Positions 38,393 to 52,685 are shown, counted from the stretch's first letter. The stretch is 64,000 nucleotides of DNA from Eledone cirrhosa (GCA_964016885.1 OZ024747.1:85560001-85624000); one strand, 5' to 3'. Numbers and translations are program-made. Notes: generated by a model from the letters alone, not told the origin.

Positions 38393-39773
38393 TCTCCTTA
38401 TAATATATAACCAGCAATTTCTCTGTCTGTCTGTCCGACAGTGGAAAGACGTGCGCGCGTGCGAATGTTTTTTGCGCACGCGTAGAGAGAGAGTGAGAGT
38501 GAAAGAAATAGACAGACTACGAGAGGGGGATAATGGGAGGGAGAGAGGGAGAGAGAGAGAGTGAATAGACGCTAAAACACGTGCGCGCGTGCGAATGTTT
38601 TTTGCGCACGCGTAGAGAGAGAGTGAGAGTGAAAGAAAGAGACAGACTACAAGAGGGAGATAGCGGGAGGGAGAGAGGGGGGAATTGAGGAGTGCTACAG
38701 AAACATATATACATTTCTGTGTGTGTGTAATATATATATATATACACACACAGAAATATATATATATACACACAGAAATATATATACATTTCTGTGTGTG
38801 TAATATATATATATATACACACAGAAATATATATACATTTCTGTGTGTGTAATATATATATACTAGCAGAAAACCACACGTTAGGCGGTTTTCTGCTAGT
38901 CTATATATATAAAACTGAGGATGTCTGTCTGTGTGTGTGTGAGTTTGAATCCCTAAAACTAATGAAGCACCCAACCGACTGTTTTCAAACTTTACACATG
39001 TAATACTTATGTTTCAGGGAGTGTTCTGAACAAAACAAATTTCAAATTTTCAATGCCCTATGGACCACATTAGGCGATTTAGCGATCTCTCTCTATAATT
39101 CTTAGTCTTTCTCTTTTTAGATAGATTCATACATATAACGTCGCGCCCTTATAATATCTGTCTGTATGTCCAGCTGTCTGCATTACGTCACTTCCCTGAG
39201 GATGTCTGTCTGTGTGTCTGTGAGTTTGAATCCCTAAAACTCGAGAAGTACCCAACCGATATTTTTCAAACTTTACATGTGTATTACTTATGTTTCAGGG
39301 AGTGTTATGCACATAAAAAAATCTCCTAGCGCCCGCATTATGTGAAAATCTGCGTTTTTTAAGCTTTTAGGAGTTTTTGAGGTGTTATGTCAGACCGATT
39401 TCCTTGAAATTGTAACTTTGTATTAGTCAGTCTCTTCTTCATACCGTGAGCAAAGAAAATCTAACTTTTTTTATGGCCTAGGGCCCGCATTAGGTGAAAA
39501 ACTTCATTTTTTTCAGCTTTTTATGGCTTTTTGGAGGCGTTACGTCTAGCCGATTTTCCCGAAATTTCAAGGCATATTATGCACATCCCCTAGGTGAAAA
39601 CCTGCATTTTTCCTGCTTCATCGAGGAAAATCTTAAAGATTATCCAGCCATCAGAGTATTCGGTTTATTTTCTTTACATACTGTCCAGGCATGCAGTTTT
39701 TCCACGATTAGCTCTGTTGGCTGCCCGCGTTCCAAAATACCTTATCTCGTGCAACGCCGGGTACCACTGCTAG
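38393..39773 (+). mobile_element. Composite non-autonomous Helitron, copy 2 (A 38393-38899 + B 38900-39773)
   Basis: Highly similar to 26040-27422; A|TC start, CTAG|T end, different flanks. Confidence 0.85.
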
Positions 39774-39906
39774 TATTTATATATATAATATAGTACATTA
39801 CAATTTATACTCAACAAAATCTCTCTCTCTCTCTCTCTCTTTCTCTCTGTGGTTCCCAGGGACACATATATATACACATGACCATTCACATATGCACCAT
39901 ATATAC

Positions 39907-39966
<60 letters not shown>

Positions 39967-39969
39967 ACA

Positions 39970-40013
<44 letters not shown>

Positions 40014-40172
40014 ATAATTGTTTCTACTTTTGGCACAAGGCCAGCAATTATACCAGTGAATTACTGGTACTTTAATAAATGTGAAGACCAGTTCACATAC
40101 TATACACCACACGGTGTATATACAATGCAATACAATTTACTACATTCTATATCCAACAAAATCCCTCTGTCG

Positions 40173-40226
<54 letters not shown>

Positions 40227-41544
40227 AGGTGAGAATTGGTCTCGTTATTAATTAAATGACGTAATTCATTGAGTAAATGTCACAGTGAGGGAGGTGGAGA
40301 GTAGGAGAGAGATAGATTGAGGAGGAGGAGGAAGAGAGAAAGAGATGCAGAAGAAGGGGAGTAGTGGGAGATATCGCTACTGAGGAAGAGGAGGGGTGAA
40401 ACACATTCAGACTGAAATAGTGAGAGAAAGAACAGCGAACACTTAGATGTGCGCATGCGTCAGAATATTTAATACGTCGTACAAAAAAAAGAAGAGAAAG
40501 GAATTACGTATTTCACGCATGCGCAGACTTTTATACTTCATCTACATTTTGGTTTGTATGTTTGATTGTCTGTGCGTGTATGTGAATGTGTAAGTGTGTA
40601 AGTGTGTGTGTCTGTATGAGTGTGTATATGTGTGCTTGTGTGTCTGCGTGTTTATTTGTGCGTACGTATATGTGTATATATGTGTATGTGTAAGTATGCA
40701 TGTACATATGCATGTATGTGTATGCATGTATCTATACTATAAATGAGAGTCTATGTGTGTACATATGCATGTATGTGTATGCATATATCTATACTATAAA
40801 AACGAGTCTATGTGTGTACGTACGCATGTATGTGTATGCATATATCTATACTATAAATGAGAATCTATGTGTGTTTGTGCGTATGCATGTATGTGTATGC
40901 ATATATTATATATACTATATGCATATACTTTATATTTATATACTATAAATGATGTGTGTATTTGTGTATGTCTTCCAAAGGCTCCGAAACGGTGCACCTT
41001 AGAGAAAAACAGTTTTCATTTTTGAAATCTGCGTCCCATTGAGAATATTTTAGGGTTGTTAGTTATAAAAAAATATAATTGTTACGAGATATAAACCAAC
41101 TTCAAGATCGCCAATATTGAATGTCATTAGAATCCACAACTGTCTGAATACATTTCTCTATATCAATCTATCTGTCTGTCTCTCTATATATCTATCTGTC
41201 TCTCTATATATCAATCTGTCTCTCTATATATCTATCTATCTGTCTCTCTATATATCTATCTATCTGTCTCTCAATATATCTATCTATCTGTGTTTTAATC
41301 TTTTCTATCGGTTTCTTTCTGTATTTTACGCTTTCGCCCTCTGTATTTATCTTTACCACATTCTCTCATTCTCTTTCTATATCTTCTATGGTGGTGGTGG
41401 TGGTGGCAGTGGTGGTGGTGGTGGTGGTGGTGGTGGTGGCGGCGGCGGCGGTGGCGGCAGTGGTGGTGGTAGTGGTGGTTTAGGTGGTGGCGGCGGCGGT
41501 GGTGGTGTCGGTGGTGGTGATGATAGTGGTGGTGGTGGTTGTAA

Positions 41545-41598
<54 letters not shown>

Positions 41599-41608
41599 CA
41601 GTAGTAGT

Positions 41609-41855
41609 AAAAAGGCAAACAGGATTGATCAAATCCGAACACTTTGGACTTCTATCAATTTGAACCTCGCTACAAACATGAAGGGCATATCTTGGTGGAG
41701 ACGAACAATTAGAGCAGTTTGCCCAGAATCTATTAATGCTTGGGAACAGAAGACTCCCTGAAGATAGAGAAGGTGCTATTGATATAAGTCCATACGCAAG
41801 GCGGTGGAATCTTTATTACATCACATAGAGAACGTGTTCCCTAATCTTGAATATT
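41609..41855 (+). pseudogene. Helitron PIF1-like helicase fragment (frameshifted)
   Basis: Joined frames read KANRIDQIR..LWTSINLNLATNM/RAYLGGDEQLEQFAQNLLMLGNRRLPED..IENVFPNL, matching the LW..L..NMR..F...LL.IG.G....VFP pattern of Helitron helicases. Confidence 0.75.
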
Positions 41856-41954
41856 AGTTCTCAAGACACAAGTAGCACCAGTAATAGCAATAACAACACA
41901 CAGCAACAACAATAACACTACCAATACAACAGACATCAACATCACAACTACAAC

Positions 41955-44325
41955 TACACCAAACCAGACACCACCACCACCAAACCAGACACCACCGCCA
42001 CCAAACCGGACACCACCACCACCACAACAGACACCACCACCACTACAACAAACACCACCACCACTACAACAAACACTACAACAGACACCACCACCACTAC
42101 AACAAACACTACAACAGACACCACCACCACTACAACAAACACCACCACCACCACAACAGACACCGCCACCACTACAACAAACACCACCACCACCACCACC
42201 ACCACAACAGACACCGCCACCACTACAACAAACACCACCACCACCACCACCACAACAGACACCACCACCACTACAACAAACACCACCACCACCACCACAA
42301 CAGACACCACCACCACTACAACAAACGCCACCACCACCACCACAACAGACACCACCACCACTACAACAAACACCACCACCACCACCACCACCACCACAAC
42401 AGACACCACCACCACTACAACAAACGCCACCACCACCACCACAACAGACACCACCACCACTACAACAAACACCACCACCACCACCACAACAGACACCACC
42501 ACCACTACAACAAACGCCACCACCACCACCACCACTACAACAAACACCACCACCACCACCACCACCACAACAGACACCACCACCACTACAACAAACACCA
42601 CCACCACCACCACCACAACAGACACCACCACCACTACAACAAACACCACCACCACCACCACCACAACAGACACCACCACCACTACAACAAACGCCACCAC
42701 CACAACAGACACCACCACCACTACAACAAACACCACCACCACCACCACAACAGACACCACCACCACCACTACAACAAACACCACCACCACCACCACCACA
42801 ACAGACACCGCCACCACCACCACCACCACCACCACAACAGACACCACCACCACTACAACAAACACCACCACCACCACCACCACCACAACAGACACCACCA
42901 CCACTACAACAAACACCACCACCACCACCACCACAACAGACACCACCACCACTACAACAAACACCACCACCACCACCACAACAGACAACACCACCACCAC
43001 CACAACAGACACCACCACCACTACAACAAACACCACCACCACCACCACAACAGACACCACCACCACCACTACAACAAACACCACCACCACCACCACCACA
43101 ACAGGCACCACCACCACTACAACAAACGCCACCACCACCACCACCACAACAGACACCACCATCACCACAACAGACACCACCACCACCACAACAGACACCG
43201 CCACCACTACAACAAACACCACCACCACCACCACCACAACAGACACCACCACCACTACAACAAACACCACCACCACCACCACAACAGACACCACCACCAC
43301 TACAACAAACGCCACCACCACCACCACAACAGACACCACCACCACTACAACAAACACCACCACCACCACCACCACCACCACAACAGACACCACCACCACT
43401 ACAACAAACACCACCACCACCACCACAACAGACACCACCACCACTACAACAAACACCACCACCACCACCACCACAACAGACACCACCACCACTACAACAA
43501 ACGCCACCACCACCACCACAACAGACACCACCACCACTACAACAAACGCCACCACCACCACAACAACAGACACCACCACCACTACAACAAACACCACCAC
43601 CACCACCACAACAGACACCACCACCACTACAACAAACGCCACCACCACCACCACCACTACAACAAACACCACCACCACCACCACCACCACAACAGACACC
43701 ACCACCACTACAACAAACACCACCACCACCACCACCACAACAGACACCACCACCACTACAACAAACACCACCACCACCACCACCACAACAGACACCACCA
43801 CCACTACAACAAACGCCACCACCACCACCACAACAGACACCACCACCACCACCACCACTACAACAAACACCACCACCACCACCACAACAGACACCACCAC
43901 CACCACAACAGACACCGCCACCACTACAACAAACACCACCACAACAGACACCGCCACCACTACAACAAACACCACCACAACAGACACCACCACCACTACA
44001 ACAAACACCACCACCACCACCACCACAACAGACACCGCCACCACTACAACAAACACCACCACCACCACCACCACCACAACAGACACCACCACCACTACAA
44101 CAAACACCACCACCACCACCACCACAACAGACACCGCCACCACTACAACAAACACCACCACCACCACTACAACAAACACCACCACCACCACCACCACTAC
44201 AACAAACACCACCACCACCACCACCACTACAACAAACACCACCACCACCACCACCACTACAACAAACACCACCACCACCACCACCACCACAACAGACACC
44301 GCCGCCACCACAACAAACACCACTA
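41955..44325. repeat. 2.4-kb minisatellite of (ACC)n-ACAACAGAC-(ACC)n-ACTACAACAAAC units
   Basis: Directly visible; explains the 796-aa poly-Val ORF. Confidence 0.95.
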
Positions 44326-44902
44326 ATATATCTTCAACACTCAATGACGTAATGCAAAAAGTTGAACAGATTTTCTCATCTCTCCATCATCCAATGCCTA
44401 TCACTGTAGTAGGTGTTTATTCTGAGTCTTCATTCTGAGTTCAAATCCACGGACTTTGGTGGTAAAATTAATCCGTTATCTCACTAAAAGCCGCCATCTT
44501 GTCTTTGGGTGGCACTGTTTAACACCACCACATGGTCTTTGGGTGGTTGAATTAATATTTCACGCGTTTAACACCACGACCTGATCCATGGGTGCCTTTG
44601 ACAAAGTCCACTCTGTTGAAAGTATTAGGATCAGGTCTCTGGTTTAAAAATACCTTCTTTCCTTCTTTCCTTCTTCCTTCTTCGTTCCTTCCCAATTCGT
44701 TTAAACAGTAAAAACAAAGCAATCTACCTTCTTCTTCTTCTTCTTCTTCTTCTTCTTCTTCTTCTTCTTCTTCTTCTTCTTCTTCTTCTCCTTCTTCTTC
44801 TTCTTCTTCTTCTTCTTCTTCTTCTTCTTCTTCTTCTTCTTCTTCTTCTTCTTCTTCTTCTTCTTCTTCTTCTTCTTCTTCTTCTTCTTCTCCTCCTCCT
44901 CC

Positions 44903-44963
<61 letters not shown>

Positions 44964-45849
44964 CCAATGACATACCTTCACAAATTACTACCACAACCAC
45001 AATCACAACACTAACCAACTACTACCACAACCACAATCACAACACTAGCACCAACTACTACCACACCACAGAACCACCAACAAATACAACCACAACCACA
45101 ACACCACCAACAACTACAACACTACCACCAACTACGCCAACCACCACCACAACCATAACCACCACCAACAACCACAACACCACCACCAACTACGCCAACA
45201 ACAACACTAACACCAACAACAACACTACCACCACCAACAACCACCACGACCACAACACTACCACCAACTACGCCAACAACAACACTAACACCAACAACAA
45301 CACTACCACCACCAACAACCACCACAACCACAACACCACCACCAACTACTCTAAACAACCACCAACTACTCCAACACCACCAACAACCACGACCACAACC
45401 ATGACCACAACACCACCACCAACAACCCCAACACCACCAACAACCACCACCACAACACCACCACCAACTACTCCAACACCACCAACAACCACGACCACAA
45501 CCTCGACCACAACACCACCACCACCAACTACTCCAACAACAACAACAACAACAACACCAACATCAATCACAACAAATCACAGCAACCATCTCTACAACTT
45601 CATCGCCATCCATGACGTAATGTAAAAAGTTAAGCAGACATATCTCTCATCACCATCCAATAACTATCGTTGTAGTGGGTGTATCATTACATAATAATCA
45701 TTATTATTTCTTCATCTCACCATACGTCATTCTACTTTCCCAATTCCCATCACGTTTGTCTTTTACTCTGCACCTTTCGTCCTCCAAGGGTCAATAAATA
45801 GGAACTGTCAGTAATAATCCTTACCCTCTAAAATCGGTTTCTTTCTATA

Positions 45850-45975
45850 TTCTGAGTTCAAACCCCACTGAGGTTAGCTTGGCCTTTCATCCTTATGGGA
45901 TCGATAAAATAAAGTACCATTAACACACTGGGGTCGATTTAATCGACTTTCCCCTTCCCTTCAAATTGCTAGCCA
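45850..45975 (+). mobile_element. SINE-A, truncated and diverged
   Basis: B box and central domain present. Confidence 0.8.
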
Positions 45976-45999
45976 TTTATACACAGAATCGATATTGCG

Positions 46000-46625
46000 G
46001 CTAGTATAATTATGCTCCCTATCGGATAACAATCCATAGGCTAAGATAAGTATTATTGCTATTTTTCTTCCTATTAGAGTCCTTTCAAGCTGTTTATAGC
46101 TGTCATTGTTGTGTTAAGGACTTTCCGAGTAATTCTTGCTAATCTAATTTAGTAACTTTTTTGCACTGCATCAACTCCCAGATTAAAGTTTAGATTTACG
46201 AGGTTTACTTGTCATCGTTCCCAATGCTCTAGTGACAATTGCTTGATCATGGTCTTGTTAACTTTTTCCAGCACTTAAGACATTGTAATATTCTACATAA
46301 GTGGTGTAATGTCCTACTTTTTATTTCTCCTTTTTTTAAAACTCTCGTGTCAAGTATGCATTCTACATCAATTGCCGACACCATTTTACTCTTCTTATCT
46401 ACTACTGCAACATTCCACTTGTGCAACATTTTCCTTTCGATTTGTTAGGAATAGCCCCATAGCAGTCTCACTTCCTTCTTTTCAAGGTCTTTCATTTCTG
46501 TTCTTACAAAAAGGTCTTAGCTCTTTTCTGTGCATGCTTTAGCAAAATCATTTTTTTAAATCAGTGATTTATTGCCACTATTTTCACGTGTCTACAATTT
46601 TTCTACTAATTTTGAGCTAGCTGCC
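46000..46625 (-). mobile_element. Highly decayed R4/Dong-like RLE LINE remnant
   Basis: QLAQN..VRLLWG..VAVVDKKSKMVSAIDVECILDTRV..IVTRALGT..DAVQKS..LARITRKVLN across stops and frameshifts. Confidence 0.7.
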
Positions 46626-47118
46626 CATGTCGTGCCTTATCACTTCTGTCCCTTTTGTAAATACTCAATGAGTTTTTTTTTCCATTAAAGTTTAGCTTTC
46701 TTTTTCCAGAATGTTTTGTAGAATATTCTGCTAGAATGAAAGGCGTCAACAGTCTGCAGTGAACCAATGTATGTATACAATTGTATACGGGCGAAAGCGA
46801 ACACCGCATCGATGTGTATATATATGATATATACAGGTGAAAACCAACACCACTGTCGTGTGTATATATACAAATGAACACGTGAAAGAAAGCACCACAG
46901 TCATGGTGAAAGAAGGAGAGTATATATGTGTGTGTGTATGTGTGTGTGTATGTGTGTATGTGTGTATATGTACGTATGTGTGTGTGTGTATGTATGTGTG
47001 TATGTATATGTATTTGTACACCCACACAATGATGTAAGCATATAATACGTAATATATAACCAATGAAAACCAAGCATTGCAACAATATCCATGTATGTGT
47101 GTATGTGTATGTGTATAT

Positions 47119-47149
<31 letters not shown>

Positions 47150-47321
47150 CATTGTTGTAATTGTAATATATGCAGTAGCAATCTATATCCATTCAAAATT
47201 GTAGACGTTTTTCTGTCTTTCTTCCAAAGCGTGAAAATAATAAAGCTAATTGGTTCTATGTCTGAGTTTGTCATTTTTCTTAAATTATATATATATACAT
47301 ACACACACACACGCGCGCGCG

Positions 47322-47365
<44 letters not shown>

Positions 47366-47367
<2 letters not shown>

Positions 47368-47585
47368 TGGAGGCGCGTGGGTGAGTGGTTAGAGGATTGG
47401 ATTCACAATCGTGAGGTTGTGAGTTCGATTTCCGAACCGGGTGATGCGTTATGTCCTTGAGCAAGACACTTTATTTCACATTGCTCCTTCTACCTGGAGT
47501 TGCGACCGATACATTGTATTAGCAATTTGAAAGACCAACGGAAACATTGTTTCCTCGGTCCGATTTGACGAAAGTCGTTCGACTG

Positions 47586-47590
<5 letters not shown>
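47366..47590 (+). mobile_element. SINE-B, full length, within (TA)n
   Basis: tRNA head (B box GAGTTCGATTTCC) and CORE-like box; matches 1621-1831. Confidence 0.85.
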
Positions 47591-47621
<31 letters not shown>

Positions 47622-47724
47622 CCATATTTTAATGGTTGATCGTGTTAAATTTGGGAGGTTTTTCTGTATATATAGCCTACATAGAGCATTCTCTTTTCCT
47701 TTACCTTTCCTACGGAAATACTTC

Positions 47725-47757
<33 letters not shown>

Positions 47758-47831
47758 ACCTAAATTACGATAAGTAAATTTCCATACACTGTAATATATA
47801 CTTTGTACGCAGCCATCATACATACATGCAC

Positions 47832-47872
<41 letters not shown>

Positions 47873-47873
47873 T

Positions 47874-47925
<52 letters not shown>

Positions 47926-48247
47926 GTGTGTGTATACGTATGTATTTGTGTAAACAAATATAAAACCATGAATGAAAATTGTTGTGTTGTACGGCACAAT
48001 GTAGTCGTTTAACATCACGTGATAGCCCTTTCCTTTCCATTCATAAACAGCGATATACTAAACACGAGATAGCTCACTCGCATCACAAACTCATGCACAT
48101 ATACAGTTACATTGATATGTATACATACACACAGACGTGTATATAACTGAATAGTTTGCTTCCCAACTACGTGGTTTCTAGTTAGGGCATGCATCTTATA
48201 TCAGGGCCTTGGCTTTGAACTATGTCTTGTGAGTGAATTTTGGTTGA

Positions 48248-48427
<180 letters not shown>

Positions 48428-48691
48428 TAGCATTACAGGGCCCACTGTAGTATTTTAGGGGCCAATGCTTTGCTTTCAAAAAAATACCTGAAATCTAAGA
48501 GAAAGAATAAATTAAAAAAAAAAATAAATAAAACAATTAAGCAAAGTATTTGGTCAACCAGTTCAACCAGGGAATTACTAGAAACCAAAATATACGATAG
48601 TGGAAATAGCTGGAATCAGTGGTTGTACATTCTACTAAATCTAAAATTCATTCATGCATGCAAACACATATATAGACACAGACACACAAGC

Positions 48692-48759
<68 letters not shown>

Positions 48760-48842
48760 ATAATATATATATGTATGTATATATATATATATACACACAC
48801 ACACACATATATATATATATTGAGTGAGTGTGAAAGACCAAA

Positions 48843-49325
48843 GGTCATTATTGAAAGTCGACCTTAAGTAGGAACAATATCATTAAGAAAGACATGAACG
48901 ACACCACAACACTTTGTTTTGAAAATTTTGAAAGTAGGTTTAAAAATATGAATTTTTATAAGATTTTCATAGTTGTCTCTGTGGCCTAGTGGTAGGTACT
49001 AGAGACGGTGGAGATCCTGACCTTGGGTTCAATCCTGGTTAAGAGGTACAGGTAACAATTTTCAGTTTTTATTTTACACCCAATAGAAAAAACTGAAAAG
49101 TTTTACCGGGAACCCTACTCCCGACCAGGATCGAACTTCAGACCAGGATCACCACCGTCTGTGACTCCTCCAACTAGGCCACTGAGACAGCTACACACGT
49201 ATAATGAAAATTGATAATTATAAACCTACTTTCAAAATCAAAGTTAAACAGATGTGGTGTCGTTCATGGCTTTCCTAGAGCTATTAGTAATATTTAGGGT
49301 CGACTTCTGGTCATTATTGAAAGTC
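48843..49325. mobile_element. Palindromic element with two convergent tRNA-like cassettes
   Basis: Imperfect ~220-bp arms, A and B boxes in each arm, T-runs at the centre, 17-bp direct repeat at the ends. Confidence 0.7.
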
Positions 49326-49789
49326 TCTGGAATTCGCAAAATACATAATATTGTTTATTGGAGAAGGTAAGATATATTCCTGCAAAAGTTTGATTGCGCT
49401 GTTTTGTTTCCACTTATGTATTTTTTCGAAAATGATATTTATTCATTATAAATATTAAATGATAGTTGGCCCCCATCATCTCCTGGCAACCAATATTTTT
49501 AGATCCAGTCCGCCACTGTATGTATGCATTCATGCATGTGTGTATGTATGTATGTATGTATGTATGTATGTATGTATGTATGTATGTATGTATGTATGTA
49601 TGTATGTATGCATGTATGTATGTATGTATGTATGTATGCATGTATGTATGTATGTATATATGTATGTATGTATATGGGTGTATATATATTCCCATATTTC
49701 GATAGTACGATTTCTGATGACCACAGGCAGAGACAGCTCTGGTAGCTCCACTACATCTAGCCTGATATTGTGACTCTCTACATTTCACC

Positions 49790-50671
49790 TGCTGCTTTTA
49801 GTCTTTTTAGTGTCTCAATATATGCTTCAGAGATAATTATTTCTCGTCATGGCAAGAAATCAATAAGAATCACTCCTTGAGTATCCCAAAAGACAGTCGC
49901 AATGATTTTCCCGACTGACTTTTGTGCCTTGAAAGTTTTTTGGAAACGTCAGGTGATACCATTTCAACGATTGCCTTTTTGACTCAGGTTCATAATGATG
50001 AATGCAAGTTTCATCACCTGTAATAAAGCTTCTAAAGAACGTGTTGTCTCTATGACTGAATTCAAGGAGTTCAGTGCAGCAGTTAACCTTTTCAGTCTTG
50101 TGCTCAACTGTGAATTGTCTTGGAACCCAACAGACACAGACTTTTGAAAACCCAAGTGAGTCAACAATGCTGTGAACACTACCATGACTTACTCCAAGCT
50201 CTAATACCAACTCATCAAGGGTTATGCACCAATCAGCTCTCATTAAAGCGTCAGCTTTTGCTTTGTTGGCAAGGTTGACAGAAGTTGACAGGCGGTCAGT
50301 ACGAGGCTTGTCTGCTAAGCTTGCAGTTCCCACCACTTCATCTTCATACAGACGACCGGCTCATCTACAGACATTGCTATAATCTAAGGCCTCACCTTTA
50401 TAAACACTTTTTAGTCTCTTGTGAATGTTAACAAGGGTTTCTCCTTCAGCAACAACGAATTCAAATACAGCTCTTTGCTTCTGACGGACTCCGAAGGGGG
50501 TGGCCACCTTGAAATCAACTCACTCACTCATTACAAATATAAAAAAACAAAAAGAGATACTTTAGTCTCAAGAAAATATAAGCCTTTACCTTTGTCTCAA
50601 ATTTCAACTCATTCTATAAAGAAAATTAGTCTGCTATGATAAAGAAGGCATTACTCTTTGACTGGCCCTCG
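49790..50671 (-). mobile_element. Mariner transposon remnant (3'-truncated, decayed transposase)
   Basis: TA-CGAGGGCCAGTCAAAGAGTAA terminus; GFSKVCVCWVPRQ, ITGDETCIHHYEPESKRQS, TVFWDTQGVILIDFL. Confidence 0.9.
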
Positions 50672-50724
<53 letters not shown>

Positions 50725-50726
<2 letters not shown>

Positions 50727-50851
50727 CGAAGGAAGTGTGGTAAGGAACCAGGTGGATCATAACGCACCAGAGTACTCGATACTGTGGGTAGTAGAGTGGG
50801 TAATAGGAAAAGAGTCAGGTCCCCGACAGCTGAGCGGTCGTGGTCCTGACT

Positions 50852-50854
<3 letters not shown>
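50725..50854 (-). mobile_element. Hammerhead-derived fold-back element, copy 5
   Basis: Same tail; palindrome GAGTCAGGTCCCCGAC..GTCGTGGTCCTGACTC. Confidence 0.75.
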
Positions 50855-50937
<83 letters not shown>

Positions 50938-51009
50938 AACATATATACAAAGATACATACATATATACATACATACATATAGACATACATACATAATACA
51001 TACATGCAT

Positions 51010-51572
51010 ACATGGTGGCTGCCAACTCGTTTTCGAGTACGGCCACTACTTTATATCCATGTAGGAGAACCCCTACCGATGCGCTGAACGAGTGTGACTT
51101 TTTAGTCCAGCCAGCGACTTGAAAACTCTGGTACAAACACTACACCTGTGACAATTATTGACACATAGTGCTGGGCCCATGGTACCATGTGACGACAAGT
51201 GCAGAGAGATCTCCAGATATAAAGCAATGCCTGCGCCATGAAGCTTTTATAGTGAGCAAAGGCACTGCACAAAGCCAGTCCCACTCCCTTAACCAAGATG
51301 ATATTTACCAAAAAGAAGAACAAGTCAACATCATTGGATACCATCAGGGTTGCAGGTGTTATATCAGAGTTTTCCTTCTCCTAGAATTCTGCCTTGACAA
51401 AGGCTAAGGGGTCATCTCTCCCGGTGATTTTGGATGGCCATTGACTCTTAAGAGCTCCTTTGCCCTTTGACAGGTTTTGTTTTTAGTCCTGCAGGATGTC
51501 CAAAGTCACCCTCCTCACCAAGAAACCTTGGTGGGGTTGCCAGTTTAGTCGCCAACCATGAGACAGGTTGTA
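51010..51572 (-). mobile_element. Short internally deleted RTE-derived element (5' region joined to zinc-finger 3' end) within (TATG)n
   Basis: 51420-51572 matches 19095-19245; 51010-51210 matches 22243-22437. Confidence 0.7.
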
Positions 51573-52009
51573 CATACATACATGCATACATATATACATA
51601 CATACATATATACATACATACATATATACATACATCTCATTGAGGTAGTCATACATACCGCAGTAAGAACCACTTCACCACCACCAACACCACCACCAAC
51701 ACTACCACCACCACCACCACAACGACAACAACATTAACAACCACAACGACAAGTATGACAAATATGATAACACCATTAAGCAGAAGTCATTCAGAAATGC
51801 AGCACACTGATTGGTTGAATCTTAACATTACGTCATTAATCTGAGTTGTAATACAGCACCGGGTTGGTGTTGGTGTGTGCATACATATATACACACACAT
51901 ATATATGTATGCGGGTACACACACACACACGTCCATATGCACAAACGCACCCATGCACACACACACCCATGCACACACACACACACATCCACATGCGCAC
52001 GCGCACGCG

Positions 52010-52112
<103 letters not shown>

Positions 52113-52431
52113 GTATATATATATACACACACACACAGGTAAATGAAATGAGAGAACGAGGAATTTGTATACGGATACTTACAAAGAGTCTAGGTCATGT
52201 GATGTAGTGTGTATGTATGTGTGTGTATGTATGTATATGTATATGTGTGTGTCAAGAATAAAATCTAATGGTTATCCTCTTTACCAATAGCAACATCACC
52301 AGTTGTACCACGTGATAGCAGCTGTTCACCTTCATTCACAAACTTAATTATAATAATTTATCATTTATATCACTACATACCACACACATATACCGCACTA
52401 ACGCACACACACATATATATATATATACATA

Positions 52432-52531
52432 CAGGGTGTCCCGCAAAAATGTATACACACTTCAACAGCATTCTAATAAATATTGTCTGTACAAATAATC
52501 AAAGTGTGTATACATTATTTGAGACACCATA
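52432..52531. mobile_element. Tc1/mariner-type MITE (~100 bp)
   Basis: TA|CAGGGTGTCCCGCAAAAATGTATACACACTT ... AAGTGTGTATACATTATTTGAGACACC, TA-flanked. Confidence 0.75.
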
Positions 52532-52685
52532 TATATATATATATATATATATGCGTGCTTCCGTGTGTGTGTTTATTTGTATACATTTATACATAAGTCT
52601 CTTTTCCTACTATATCAAGCGTAAAACTAACATATTTCTTCATTGTATTGTGTCGCTTGCTTTGTTATTTCTGTTTGCTTTTTGC

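Noticed and set aside
41954-44344. 796-aa poly-Val membrane protein
   Set aside because: Reverse-strand reading of the ACC minisatellite with a non-ATG start.
44489-44501. YY1-type AAGATGGCGGC start context on the minus strand
   Set aside because: The ORF closes after 9 codons and the surroundings look like a transposon fragment.
48975-49045. Functional tRNA gene
   Set aside because: A and B boxes are present but I could not build a convincing cloverleaf or acceptor stem; treated as tRNA-derived.
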